NCBI GenBank assembly: GCA_038279365.1
Contig: JAYODI010000018.1
Location: forward strand, 24,680 to 68,526
DNA from: Candidatus Latescibacterota bacterium
GTDB lineage: Bacteria; Latescibacterota; UBA2968
DNA: 43,847 nt
Direction: 5' to 3'
Below, one piece after another: positions 10,196-20,359 of this stretch. The position numbers were made by a program, and so were the translations under genes. Each line of letters starts with the position of its first letter. Positions within the stretch are counted from its first letter, which is position 1. The notes below the pieces were generated by a model. It ran no database searches, had not been told where the DNA came from, and saw nothing but the letters and a program-made list of their open reading frames with translations.

Positions 10196-11014
10196 ATGCC
10201 ACTCGATATCACCTCAGGAATCAAACGCCCCAAAATTGACATGCACTGCCATGTATGGCAAATGGACAACTGGGAAAAATCCAGTGACCATCTGGTTGCC
10301 TGTAGCGAAGCTCTTGGCATCACCGAATCGTGGTGCTCTTCCATTATTTCAGCAGGCAAATTGGCACCAGCAGAAGAAATTCCACCGCACAACAACACAA
10401 TTTTGGCCGCCATGAAACGTCACCCAAAACACATTCGCGGTTGGTGCTTTGTCATTCCCGGTCACTTTCAAGCCACCCAAGATGAAATAAACCGTTGCCT
10501 CGATGCCGGTATGATTGGCATCAAACTCTACAACCAATACTGGTTAAACGATCCAGCGGTTTTTCCTGTTATCGAATTGGCCATCAAACGCAAAGTGCCC
10601 ATTTTGGAACACGCGGGTTATCCCACCACAGCCCAATTTAAAGCCGAGCAACCACACATATCACACGGCATCCATTTTACACAAGCCAGTCAGCGTTATC
10701 CCGAAGCCATGCTCATCCATGCACACATTGGTGGTGGTGGCGATTGGGAACAAACCGTGCGTGAAATGCGCAACGCATCATCCAACGTCTACATCGACGT
10801 CAGTGGCAGCAACCTCGATGATGGGTGCATCGAATTTGCCGTACGCGAAATGGGTGTCGAACGCGTTCTATTTGGCACCGACGGCACCATGGCAGGCTCT
10901 GTAGGCAAGGTGCTCGACGCCGATTTAACCGAAACACAACGCGAACACATCTTTTGGACCAATGCCGAACACATCCTTGCCCAACAAGGTGCCACACCTA
11001 CCCAATCGCGATAA
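10196..11014 (+). CDS. Amidohydrolase_2 family metal-dependent hydrolase
   Basis: IDMHCH, GIKL, ILEH, AHIGGG, RVLFGTD. Confidence 0.88.
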   Translation: MPLDITSGIKRPKIDMHCHVWQMDNWEKSSDHLVACSEALGITESWCSSIISAGKLAPAEEIPPHNNTILAAMKRHPKHIRGWCFVIPGHFQATQDEINRCLDAGMIGIKLYNQYWLNDPAVFPVIELAIKRKVPILEHAGYPTTAQFKAEQPHISHGIHFTQASQRYPEAMLIHAHIGGGGDWEQTVREMRNASSNVYIDVSGSNLDDGCIEFAVREMGVERVLFGTDGTMAGSVGKVLDADLTETQREHIFWTNAEHILAQQGATPTQSR

Positions 11015-11051
11015 CACTTGTAACACTCACCCTTAATCAGTTGCCCAATCC

Positions 11052-11855
11052 ATGCTCATCGATATCAACACCTACATTGGCCATTTTCCATTTCGCACCC
11101 TACGCGACAACACGCCCGAAAAATTGGTGGCGCGTTTGGATCGATCAAACATACAAATGGCCGCCGTGTCTTCTATTGACGCACTTTTTCACAGGCACCC
11201 CTATTCGGCCAATGAAAAACTTATGCGCGATCTTGAGCCCTATCCAGATCGCCTCATTCCAATTGGCACACTTAACCCGCTCTCACCACACTGGGAAGAC
11301 GATCTCCAAGATTGTTTGAAATGGAACATGAAGGGTATACGTATTTATCCACCCTATCAAGGTTTTGCAACCAACGGACAAGAAGCCCAAAGAGTGGCCA
11401 AAGCCTGCGCCCAACACAACATCCCACTGTTTATTCCCAATCGCCTTGAAGACATTCGCCAACAACATTGGATGGACCCTGGAAAAGAATCGAACCTTTC
11501 TCAAATAGCCGACCTCATTGCAACCGTACCAGATGCCACCATTGTCATTCCCAACGCCCGTGGCATTGCGCGTTCTGCACTTTGGCAAAGACAAGACATG
11601 CGCAATGCAAACTGGTATATCGACCTGTCTTTGGCCGAAATTTTTTATGGTCTTCATACCAATGTCCATGCCATGCGCGACTTGGCCGACGTCATCGACG
11701 AAGGCGGTGCCAACCACATCCTCTTTGGTACAAATTTGCCCCTTTCTTATGCCGGACCCGCCCTTGTCAAACACGCCCAATTGCCCGTAGATGCCGAAAC
11801 GCTCAAAAACATCAGTTATCGCACAGCAGCCAAACTCTTACAGATCACTCTCTAA
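11052..11855 (+). CDS. Amidohydrolase-fold protein with degenerate metal ligands
   Basis: IDINTYIG (no HxH), KGIRIYP, ILFGTNLP. Confidence 0.8.
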   Translation: MLIDINTYIGHFPFRTLRDNTPEKLVARLDRSNIQMAAVSSIDALFHRHPYSANEKLMRDLEPYPDRLIPIGTLNPLSPHWEDDLQDCLKWNMKGIRIYPPYQGFATNGQEAQRVAKACAQHNIPLFIPNRLEDIRQQHWMDPGKESNLSQIADLIATVPDATIVIPNARGIARSALWQRQDMRNANWYIDLSLAEIFYGLHTNVHAMRDLADVIDEGGANHILFGTNLPLSYAGPALVKHAQLPVDAETLKNISYRTAAKLLQITL

Positions 11856-11871
11856 AACAATTAAGAAATGA

Positions 11872-11994
11872 GAATAACTTGTGCACTTAGGAAGAAGAAA
11901 GTAGAAATAAAGGAGAAGTGAAGTCGCGGTTGTTTCTTCTTGCTTTTCTCTTCTCCCTTCTCTTCCAATAGATCAAGTTATTGAATCACTGATC
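11872..11994. repeat. Dispersed intergenic element, copy 2, with terminal inverted repeat
   Basis: AATAACTTG at 11873 and CAAGTTATT at 11974; GA-rich then CT-rich arms; 20-mer shared with 394-413. Confidence 0.65.
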
Positions 11995-12025
11995 CTAAAG
12001 CGTTCCTTTTAAAAAGTGAGACATC

Positions 12026-13288
12026 ATGGAACAACTTGCAATTCTTGGCGGACCAAAAGCCGTACAAACCGACCCCAAAGACATTTTCGCCTGGCCCATT
12101 ATCACCGAAGAAGATGAACAAGCAGTTCTCAAAGTCTTGCACTCAGGCAATATGTCGGGCATTGATGTCACCAAACAATTTGAAAAAGAATTTGCCGAGT
12201 GGTTTAAAGTCAAATATGCATTGGGCCACTGCAACGGCACTGCCGCCTTACAAGCCGCTATGTTTGGTGTTGGGCTGGGTATTGGCGATGAACTCATCTG
12301 TCAAAGCATGACTTATTGGGCCTCCGCATTGCCCGCCATGAACTTGGGAGCAACTGTCGTTTTTGCCGACATGGACCCCGAAACAATGGGCTTAGATGCC
12401 CAAGATGTTGAGCGCAAAATCACCGACCGCACCAAAGCCATTATGGTCGTTCATTACTGTGGGCACCCATCCAATATGGATGCCATTATGGCCGTGGCCC
12501 AAAAGCACAATATCAAAGTTATCGAAGATGTTTCTCACGCCCAAGGGGGCCTTTACAAAGGCCAACTCACTGGCACCTTTGGCGATGTGGCCGCCATGTC
12601 ACTCATGGGTCAAAAGTCGCTCGCCATTGGTGAAGGCGGCATGCTTATAACCAACAACCATGCCATTTATGAACGCGCCGTGGCTTATGGTCATTACAGC
12701 CGCACCAGAGACCTGACCTTGCCCGAACTCACCCCATTTTCGGGTCTACCTTTAGGCGGTGTTAAAAACCGAATGCACCAAATCTCTGCCGCCGTTGGGC
12801 GTGTGCAGCTCAAATATTATCAAGAACGCATGACCGAAATTCAAAATGCAATGAACTATTTTTGGGATCTCCTTGAAGGTGCCCCAGGCATTCGTGGTTT
12901 GCGCCCACCCAAAGATTCAGGCAGTACCAATGCGGGTTGGTACGCCTGTCGAGGGCGTTATTTTACAGAAGAATTAGGTGGTCTTAGTGTGCAAAAATTT
13001 GCCGAAGCCGTTCAAGCCGAAGGATCAGAATGTGTTCCAGGTGGCAACTTGTTGATGCACCTGCATCCCTTGCTCAATGAAGCCGACGTTTTCAACCACG
13101 GCAAACCCACCCGCATTGCCAACTCAAACCGCGATGTGCGCCAACACAAAGGCAGTTTACCGGTCACCGAAAGCCTGCCCGATCGCATTTTTAAAACGCC
13201 CTGGTTCAAACACAATCGCCCCGAAATCATTCGCGAACACGCCGAAGCGTATCGCAAAGTGGTCACCCAAGCCCACAAACTGCTCTAA
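12026..13288 (+). CDS. DegT/DnrJ/EryC1/StrS PLP-dependent aminotransferase
   Basis: NGTAAL, ITDRTKAIMVVHYCG, IEDVSHAQG, SLMGQKSL-GEGG with PLP lysine. Confidence 0.92.
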   Translation: MEQLAILGGPKAVQTDPKDIFAWPIITEEDEQAVLKVLHSGNMSGIDVTKQFEKEFAEWFKVKYALGHCNGTAALQAAMFGVGLGIGDELICQSMTYWASALPAMNLGATVVFADMDPETMGLDAQDVERKITDRTKAIMVVHYCGHPSNMDAIMAVAQKHNIKVIEDVSHAQGGLYKGQLTGTFGDVAAMSLMGQKSLAIGEGGMLITNNHAIYERAVAYGHYSRTRDLTLPELTPFSGLPLGGVKNRMHQISAAVGRVQLKYYQERMTEIQNAMNYFWDLLEGAPGIRGLRPPKDSGSTNAGWYACRGRYFTEELGGLSVQKFAEAVQAEGSECVPGGNLLMHLHPLLNEADVFNHGKPTRIANSNRDVRQHKGSLPVTESLPDRIFKTPWFKHNRPEIIREHAEAYRKVVTQAHKLL

Positions 13289-14343
13289 TGCCCATGTTCA
13301 ACGCCAAAATTCCAAAACACGCCCAAACCACCATCACCCTCAATGGTGAAACCTGTGGTGCGTCTGCCGATCAAGTAGGTCCCATTGGCGGTGGCAATGG
13401 GTATACACAACACATATCCCCATCTCAATCACCCATCCACACACTCGATGAATTGATCGATGCGCTTGCAAAAGCCCAATCAGGTGACATCATTTACATT
13501 CACCCACGCGCACAAATCGACTGCACCGAACGCGTTTACATTGAAGACCTTGTGCTCGAAGTTCCCGCAGGAGTCACGCTCGCCAGCAACCGTGGGCAAA
13601 AAGGCGCTCCTGGCGGCATGATCTTGAGCGATGCTTTCAAAACACGCCCACTCATACGCACACTTGGGCCAAACATCCGCATCACAGGTCTTCGTCTGCG
13701 TGGCCCAAACCCCAAACCTTGTCTCGAACACCATCGCAGATCATTTGCCGAAGAACGCGGGCGTGAATACTATTACAAATTTCCCACATCCGACGGCGTC
13801 GTCACCGAACACGACCACCTCGAAGTAGACAATTGCGAGCTTGCCGGATGGAGCCACGCAGCCATTTATCTGCGAGCAGGAAGCAACCATCACATTCATC
13901 ACAACTTCATTCATCACAACCAATACAATGGCTTGGGGTATGGCATCTCCCACGATGTGGCCCAGTCGCGCATCACACACAATCTATTCAATTACAATCG
14001 CCATTCCATTGCGGGCACAGGGCGAGCAGGCAGTGGATATGAAGCCTGTCACAACATCGAATTAGGTCAATCACTTAGTCACTGCTTTGATATGCACGGT
14101 GGACGAGATCGCAAAGACGAAACCACCATTGCAGGCACCTGGATGAACGTGCACCACAACACCTTCTTTAGCCCCAAAACAGCCGTTGTCATTCGAGGCG
14201 TTCCTGAAAAGCACGCAGAAATTCACCACAATTGGTTCTATCAATCACCCAATCAACTATCCATTCGCACCGACGGCAACACCACCATTACACACAACAC
14301 CTACGGCTTCAAAAACCCACAACTTGTCTCACACGCACAATAA
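13288..14343 (+). CDS. Right-handed parallel beta-helix protein (pectate-lyase-like fold)
   Basis: Repeated IHHNFIHHN / ITHNLF / VHHNTF / IHHNWF Asn ladders; TAATG overlap with the DegT gene. Confidence 0.75.
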   Translation: MPMFNAKIPKHAQTTITLNGETCGASADQVGPIGGGNGYTQHISPSQSPIHTLDELIDALAKAQSGDIIYIHPRAQIDCTERVYIEDLVLEVPAGVTLASNRGQKGAPGGMILSDAFKTRPLIRTLGPNIRITGLRLRGPNPKPCLEHHRRSFAEERGREYYYKFPTSDGVVTEHDHLEVDNCELAGWSHAAIYLRAGSNHHIHHNFIHHNQYNGLGYGISHDVAQSRITHNLFNYNRHSIAGTGRAGSGYEACHNIELGQSLSHCFDMHGGRDRKDETTIAGTWMNVHHNTFFSPKTAVVIRGVPEKHAEIHHNWFYQSPNQLSIRTDGNTTITHNTYGFKNPQLVSHAQ

Positions 14344-14359
14344 CGTACCCTCATTCCCC

Positions 14360-15259
14360 ATGTTTTCACCCAACCAAAAGCAAACACAATTCACCTTCGA
14401 AACCGATCTCCTAAGTGGCATTTTGCAACCCACAGGTCATCGCCACGGCATTCGCCAACTCATTCACAAACCCACCGGTGTGTCACTTGTTCACCCCGAT
14501 TTTTCACTGCTAAACCTCTATCTTCTATTTACAACGGGTCAGTGCATAGCCAGCGCCCGAACACTCCAACGCACAATCACCACCCAATCCAATCGCGTTC
14601 ACATCCACTGTGAACCCACCCACCAACACCGAGCCGACCTCACCCTCACCTACCATCTTCAACCACCCAACGCCATTGACCTCACCATTACCGTGCGCAC
14701 CCGTGACGACTATGTTGCATACGAAGCCTTATTGGCCAATTATTTTGATCTTGCATTTAAACCACAATTTTGTGTATCCGACAGCAATTTTTCCAAATCT
14801 CGCAAAGCCATTCATTGGTACACACCCATTGCCCAACACCAGCACAAAAACAACGCCCTCATTTTTCCAAGAGATGCCCAAATCGCCCACCTGCACCACG
14901 ACGGACGCTGGTCAAATGTCAAATCGATTTACCAATGGAAAACCCACCACTATTATGCCTACCCCATTGCCTTACAAGTGCATTCAGAACACAATATTGC
15001 CATTGCACTCATGGCCCAACCCCAAACCTGCCCCTCTTACTCTTGGACCATTGGCATCGCCGACATCAACCAAGGCAGTTATGGCAGTGACCACTTAGAC
15101 GACCCACAAAAAGCCCGCAATCCCATTTATACCTCTTTATTTGGTCACAACCTCCAAGCACCCCAACACTACACCGCACATATACGCCTTGCAGTCATGT
15201 CACTCGACGACCAAATGTCAAACCTCTATTCCGAATACGAATCCTTCCTAACGTTATAA
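14360..15259 (+). CDS. Hypothetical protein (beta-rich)
   Basis: Long ORF directly after the beta-helix gene; ATG 14360 avoids the overlap implied by the track start. Confidence 0.7.
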   Translation: MFSPNQKQTQFTFETDLLSGILQPTGHRHGIRQLIHKPTGVSLVHPDFSLLNLYLLFTTGQCIASARTLQRTITTQSNRVHIHCEPTHQHRADLTLTYHLQPPNAIDLTITVRTRDDYVAYEALLANYFDLAFKPQFCVSDSNFSKSRKAIHWYTPIAQHQHKNNALIFPRDAQIAHLHHDGRWSNVKSIYQWKTHHYYAYPIALQVHSEHNIAIALMAQPQTCPSYSWTIGIADINQGSYGSDHLDDPQKARNPIYTSLFGHNLQAPQHYTAHIRLAVMSLDDQMSNLYSEYESFLTL

Positions 15260-15263
15260 AACA

Positions 15264-15301
15264 AAATCTCCTGCCCAATCCATCGGCAGGAGATTTCTTT
15301 T
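15264..15301. terminator. Terminator between convergent genes
   Basis: AAATCTCCTGCC...GGCAGGAGATTTCTTTT. Confidence 0.8.
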
Positions 15302-15352
15302 GAAACCCCGTATCAAATCCAAACGGCCATCTTCACGTAGCAGTCACATAAA

Positions 15353-15841
15353 CTAAGGTTCTTTCATATCCCATTGTCCCTTTGTTTCTGCACGTGCCAT
15401 CAACATACACTGCTTAAACCGAATACCATACCTCGGCTCATATCCCACACAAATACCCAGTGCCGTCAAGGTTTCCCCCTTCTCCAACAAATCCACAACA
15501 CCTTGCTCTGTCTTTTGAAAGATAAGAGAAACCGCGATTTTTTTATCACGGTCTCCCTCCAATTGCACCACAGGTTCACCCAACCAATTCACATCAAAAC
15601 CCAAAATGTGCCCCGTTATCACACACAAACGGTTTTTGAATGTGCGATCGGCACGCTTGCGGTCTTTGGCAAATGCCCCTGCCAATGCCGTTGCCGAAGC
15701 CCGCAATGTATCTGCTTCAGCACCAACCAAAGCTGGTGCCGAAGCAGGTTTTTTAGGGTCGTAAACCCGCCCATACATCACAATCATCACAAACAAAACC
15801 CCCATCATCCCCGCAAAAACCAACCAGTTTCGTGCAGTCAT
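15353..15841 (-). CDS. Membrane-anchored OB-fold (tRNA_anti-like) protein
   Basis: N-terminal TM helix; A..L..AF..D...AD..FK...ITG and G...T..G.C.G patterns; AAGGGAG RBS. Confidence 0.7.
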   Translation of the reverse strand: MTARNWLVFAGMMGVLFVMIVMYGRVYDPKKPASAPALVGAEADTLRASATALAGAFAKDRKRADRTFKNRLCVITGHILGFDVNWLGEPVVQLEGDRDKKIAVSLIFQKTEQGVVDLLEKGETLTALGICVGYEPRYGIRFKQCMLMARAETKGQWDMKEP

Positions 15842-15915
15842 AAAAACACTCCCTTAGGATGATGGATGATGTTTCAAAAATACAACCCCAACATGCCCCG
15901 AAATGCCCCCCCCAT

Positions 15916-16689
15916 CTACCCCACGGATTCCAATGCAGCTCTCACACCCGGCCATTCGCGCCAAATGTCAATATAAGCATCCGAACCATTCTTTTCGCAA
16001 TCTTTATGCCGCAAACGGGTAATGGCCGCATACCGAATATGAGGCGACACATTAGGCCCTGCGGTGTGCACAATTTGATGATGTGCCAAAACCACATCAC
16101 CAGCTTGCCCAGTAATCATCACGGGTGGCTCTGGCAAATCAATGCGCGGCATCCCATCGGTCAAAATCTCATGCCCATGTTCCTTAAAATAATCGGCAAA
16201 TGTACGATGTGACTTTGGAAACACCGTAAAATTACCACTGTTCACATCTGGCAAATCAGACAACATCAACACCGCCAAACCCGAAAATCCACGCTTATAC
16301 GTGCCTTTTGCACTGCCATTGAGCCCACTGCCCAAACCATCCAAATGCCCGCGAGGAGGCGGCGCATCTTCACCCAATGGGCGTGGAAATCGCAACGCAA
16401 TTTGCACACCACCAACAGGCAACACATCGCCTTTACCCATCAACGATTCGGCAAGGGGCATAATGGGCGTGCGATTAAACAAATCAGTCAATACGGCCTC
16501 ATTGCGCAACTCTTTGCAATAAGACTGCGCCCGCAACGTGGGCAAATCTTCCTTGTTCATACCCTCTTCACCCAACGAATGATTAATCGCATGCAATGCC
16601 TGATCAACCATCACCCGTGGCACCACACCTTTAATCACCACATACCCTTCTTCATGAAAATGCAATTTCTGCTTCTGTGTCAATTCCAC
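15916..16689 (-). CDS. Phytanoyl-CoA dioxygenase (PhyH) family Fe/2OG oxygenase
   Basis: LT..QK..F.EEGY, HLD, SGNFTVFPKSH, AGDVVLAH...VH...N, R. Confidence 0.88.
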   Translation of the reverse strand: MELTQKQKLHFHEEGYVVIKGVVPRVMVDQALHAINHSLGEEGMNKEDLPTLRAQSYCKELRNEAVLTDLFNRTPIMPLAESLMGKGDVLPVGGVQIALRFPRPLGEDAPPPRGHLDGLGSGLNGSAKGTYKRGFSGLAVLMLSDLPDVNSGNFTVFPKSHRTFADYFKEHGHEILTDGMPRIDLPEPPVMITGQAGDVVLAHHQIVHTAGPNVSPHIRYAAITRLRHKDCEKNGSDAYIDIWREWPGVRAALESVG

Positions 16690-16772
16690 CGTAATACCTC
16701 CAAATTAAAAAAATCTCAATAACTCATTCGCCTTCTCTGCTCTTCTTCTTTTTTTTATCTTCTACCCTTTCC

Positions 16773-16815
16773 CGTTTGCCATTTGCCATTTGCCATTTGC
16801 CATTTGCCGTTTCCG
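16773..16815. repeat. 7-mer tandem repeat (TTTGCCA)n
   Basis: Five TTTGCCR units at 16775-16809. Confidence 0.9.
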
Positions 16816-16830
16816 CTGACAGCTACCTTC

Positions 16831-18231
16831 CTAATACGCCCACACCCGTTTCCGTGGGCGCTCCATCGCAATCAATCGCTGAAGCAACAAGTGCCGATGC
16901 CTCATCAATACTTCACCATATTTCGCCTCTCCCGATACATCTCGATATTCGCCCCACTGAGCCGTTAAATCATACAAAAATTCACGCCCGTCATCATGTG
17001 CAATATACCGATAATCTTGTGATCGAATCATCTTCCATCCCGTAAATTCCATCAACGTCACATCTTTCACGGGTTCATTTTCACCAGCAATCAACGACAT
17101 CAAAGATGTCCCCTGCAAATGAGGGGGCACAGGCACCCCACACAATTCCAACAATGTCGGCACCACATCCACACCCTCCACCAATTGCGACACCCGTTTT
17201 CCACCTGCAACACCCGGCACACGCATCAACAATGGTACACGACTCACACAATCATGCCCCGGATACCCTTTGCCATATTTCAAATGCTCGCCCAACCATT
17301 CACCATGATCCGATGTAAAAATCACCACCGTATCATCGGCCAAACCCAATTCATCCAATGTATCCAACATTCGCCCCACATGGTGATCCACTTCACTCAC
17401 CATCCCATAATACCCCTGTTGCGCCAAACGCAACTCAGCATCGTCATAATGGTCTGCTTTGCGTTTTTCATCCACCTCAGGCGGAAAACTGGGCAAGGTT
17501 AATGTGTCTGGATCGTACAAATCCAAAAACCGTTTGGGAGCTACCCACGGCGAGTGTGGCGAATAAATGCCTGCAATGCACATAAACGGACTACCCGATT
17601 GCGCCTGTTCTTTCATATACTGAATCGACCGATCTGCCACCCAAGCCGTATGCGTAAATTCATCCTTACCCGGAAATGGAATCGGGCATTTGGGAAACCG
17701 TTCTTCTGGGTGATGAACCGTATCATTCACCCGCATCATTTTATACCACTGCTCTGCCGCTGGTGGCAAGCCCACGCTCAAATGATCCAACTGATCGGGC
17801 GCCACCTTGCGCACCCATGCCCGATATGCATCTTCATACGGCCCAGGTTCATCACTGATTTCTAAGTGATCAAATCCATAATCCGGATGCACCTCGCTGT
17901 GATTGCGATTGGCATGGGGCAAAAAGTGAAGCTTCCCAATATTGGCCGAACGATACCCCGAATTGCGCAACATTTTGGGCAACGTCACAAAATCTTCTGG
18001 CACAGGCACACCCATATGTGTAATGCCCAGCGTAGAAGGATATTGCCCTGTCAAAAAACTCACCCGAGATGGCATACACACAGGGTTTTGAATAAAATAA
18101 TGATCGAAGTTCACACCTTCATGTGCCAACCGATCCAAATTGGGCGTCAACACATCCGGGTTCCCATTCACCCCCATCGCATCCCACCGTTGCTGATCGG
18201 TATAAATCAATAAAATATTCGGTCGTTTCAC
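16831..18231 (-). CDS. Formylglycine-dependent sulfatase (S1)
   Basis: RPNILLIYTDQQR, CMPSR (CxPxR), GKLH, PHSP, FTSDHG, RVPLL; GTG start at 18231. Confidence 0.93.
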   Translation of the reverse strand: MKRPNILLIYTDQQRWDAMGVNGNPDVLTPNLDRLAHEGVNFDHYFIQNPVCMPSRVSFLTGQYPSTLGITHMGVPVPEDFVTLPKMLRNSGYRSANIGKLHFLPHANRNHSEVHPDYGFDHLEISDEPGPYEDAYRAWVRKVAPDQLDHLSVGLPPAAEQWYKMMRVNDTVHHPEERFPKCPIPFPGKDEFTHTAWVADRSIQYMKEQAQSGSPFMCIAGIYSPHSPWVAPKRFLDLYDPDTLTLPSFPPEVDEKRKADHYDDAELRLAQQGYYGMVSEVDHHVGRMLDTLDELGLADDTVVIFTSDHGEWLGEHLKYGKGYPGHDCVSRVPLLMRVPGVAGGKRVSQLVEGVDVVPTLLELCGVPVPPHLQGTSLMSLIAGENEPVKDVTLMEFTGWKMIRSQDYRYIAHDDGREFLYDLTAQWGEYRDVSGEAKYGEVLMRHRHLLLQRLIAMERPRKRVWAY

Positions 18232-18250
18232 AACACACCTTTCATAAAGA

Positions 18251-18330
18251 AAAATGGCAAATGGCAAACGTGGTGCACACACCAAATAGAAAAATCAACC
18301 ATCTGCCGTTTCACATTTGCCGTTTGCCTG
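18251..18330. repeat. 7-mer inverted-arm element (AAATGGC / TTTGCCG)
   Basis: AAAATGGCAAATGGCAAACG ... TCTGCCGTTTCACATTTGCCGTTTGCC. Confidence 0.7.
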
Positions 18331-18333
18331 CCC

Positions 18334-19479
18334 TTATCTAAACCTCACCATCGCCATCACCATCCCCGCCGCATACAACCCACCGCCCATTAAAAAAATC
18401 CAATCCGTAGACAAATGCATCTGCAACGTCATCCAGCCCAACATCGGCCCTGTTGCCGACCCAAAATCAGATGCTGTCATATACGTAGCCACAGAACGCG
18501 CCCCTCGCATGCCTGACTCGGCAACCATCACCACCGACACACCCACACCACAGGCAAAAAAAACCAAAACACACACCACCAGCAAAACCACATGTGACAC
18601 CATAGACGCCACAAACATAGCCGTCATACCAACAACAAAATAGGTAATAGCGGCCCATCGACGGCCCATCTTGTCACTGATGGCCCCCAAAAAAGGCGCA
18701 CCCAAAGCATCCGTAATCCACCGAGTGGCCAACAGCAACCCATTCAATGTGGCCACACCTATTACCATCCCAAACACCAGCACCGACTCTCCCACCGTAT
18801 CCTTGAGCACCAACCCCAATGTAGACATCATCATCCCAGGCCCCACGCACCCAATTACAAACCCACAAAACAACAACTCAGGAGACCAACGATTGCCTTC
18901 CGCCTTATGAAGATCAATCTCCTTGTGCGGCACAGCACGTCGTCCCAACCACCCCAACGGCACACCCAAAAGCGAAACAACACCAAATATCATCAACGTC
19001 AATGAAAACCCAATGGCATCATGCCCAACCGCCCCAAGCAAATTGCCACTCACAGACCCCAAACGCGATGTGCCATTGTAAAACCCCATCATTCGACCAA
19101 TCAGTGCAGGTGGTGAACTGTCTACCACCGTCATCACACCCACCTGCCGAATAAAAGACCACGACAGCCCCCACAACATCCGTGCAATCAACAACACAAC
19201 AAACGATGTCACAAAACCATAAACAATCGTTAATAGTGCCCCAAAAATCAGAGCAACGGTCACCAACAGTGTCAAATCATAATGACGGCACATCCACTCG
19301 GCCAATGAATTGGTCACCAACCGCACCCACCGATTCACCGACAAAATCAAACCCACCTGATACGGCATCAACCCCAACTCAACATAATAAGTCGGCAACA
19401 CCGAATACAACATCTGATCGCCCAACAACGAAAACGCAGTTGCCAACGCAATCAATACCCCAGCCCGCGACGGCTTCAT
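18334..19479 (-). CDS. MFS transporter
   Basis: About 12 hydrophobic segments; GAISDKMGRR motif A; GAGGT RBS. Confidence 0.88.
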   Translation of the reverse strand: MKPSRAGVLIALATAFSLLGDQMLYSVLPTYYVELGLMPYQVGLILSVNRWVRLVTNSLAEWMCRHYDLTLLVTVALIFGALLTIVYGFVTSFVVLLIARMLWGLSWSFIRQVGVMTVVDSSPPALIGRMMGFYNGTSRLGSVSGNLLGAVGHDAIGFSLTLMIFGVVSLLGVPLGWLGRRAVPHKEIDLHKAEGNRWSPELLFCGFVIGCVGPGMMMSTLGLVLKDTVGESVLVFGMVIGVATLNGLLLATRWITDALGAPFLGAISDKMGRRWAAITYFVVGMTAMFVASMVSHVVLLVVCVLVFFACGVGVSVVMVAESGMRGARSVATYMTASDFGSATGPMLGWMTLQMHLSTDWIFLMGGGLYAAGMVMAMVRFR

Positions 19480-19504
19480 CAACACCTCACAAATAATGGG
19501 AATG

Positions 19505-19610
19505 TCACACGTCTGAAGGTCTCAAGTCACAAGTCTTAAAGTCACAAACCAAGAGCTTATGGTCCTTTTGACCTTCAGACCTGCAACCTGCAACCTGCGA
19601 CCTGCGACTG
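19505..19610. repeat. GACCTGC-family inverted-arm element
   Basis: GTCTGAAGGTC (19511) and GACCTTCAGAC (19570) form a perfect 11-bp IR, followed by four ACCTGCR units. Confidence 0.8.
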
Positions 19611-19613
19611 ATT

Positions 19614-20339
19614 TTAAGGATGATGTTTCACCTCTGCCCCCCGATTGCCACCATCCATAAATGCTTGCACATACTTCGTCACCTGCACAATCGACTCCTC
19701 CACCAAAGCCACACCCGCTTCAACCGTCGCTTCCAAAGGCTCCTTATCCACCTGATCTTGCATCGCATCATGCCGCACATTTTCTGGCCACAACGCCAAA
19801 GCAAATGCCGTTTCAAATTCTTGTGCATGCCCAGGATATCGCTTGGTTTTCAAATGCTTTTCTGCAAATTCTTTCGGAATCAAATCCCAATAACTCACCC
19901 ACTGCAAACTCACATCGGGCCGATCAATCTTAAAAAACAAACGCCATTGATCAAAATTCCCCTGCAATGGCGCAATGTTGCCACCATGTCCATTCAGCAC
20001 AATCACATTTTTCACACCGTGTCGCACCAAACTCTCAATGGCATCAAACAACACCGCCAACCACGACCCCGGTTTGGCTGTTACTGTACCTTTATGTGTC
20101 ATATGATGTTCAGAAATCCCAACCGCCATCGGCACATTCACCACCACATTGGGGTACAACCGTTTGGCCGCCTCAACCGCCACATGGGTAGCCGATGCCG
20201 TGTCGTGCTCCATTGCCAAATGTTCCAAATGCTGTTCATTGCTCCCCACCGGAATAATGGCCGTTTGCAACTCACCTCGTTCCAACGCTTCCCTAAATTC
20301 TCGCCGTGTCAACTTAGCCAACAAAACTTGATCTGCCAT
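19614..20339 (-). CDS. Creatininase / creatinine amidohydrolase family
   Basis: IPVGSNEQH..HL...D, GISEHH, LNGHGGN, HAQEFET. Confidence 0.9.
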   Translation of the reverse strand: MADQVLLAKLTRREFREALERGELQTAIIPVGSNEQHLEHLAMEHDTASATHVAVEAAKRLYPNVVVNVPMAVGISEHHMTHKGTVTAKPGSWLAVLFDAIESLVRHGVKNVIVLNGHGGNIAPLQGNFDQWRLFFKIDRPDVSLQWVSYWDLIPKEFAEKHLKTKRYPGHAQEFETAFALALWPENVRHDAMQDQVDKEPLEATVEAGVALVEESIVQVTKYVQAFMDGGNRGAEVKHHP

Positions 20340-20359
20340 AATCATCTCCTTAAAGTTAA

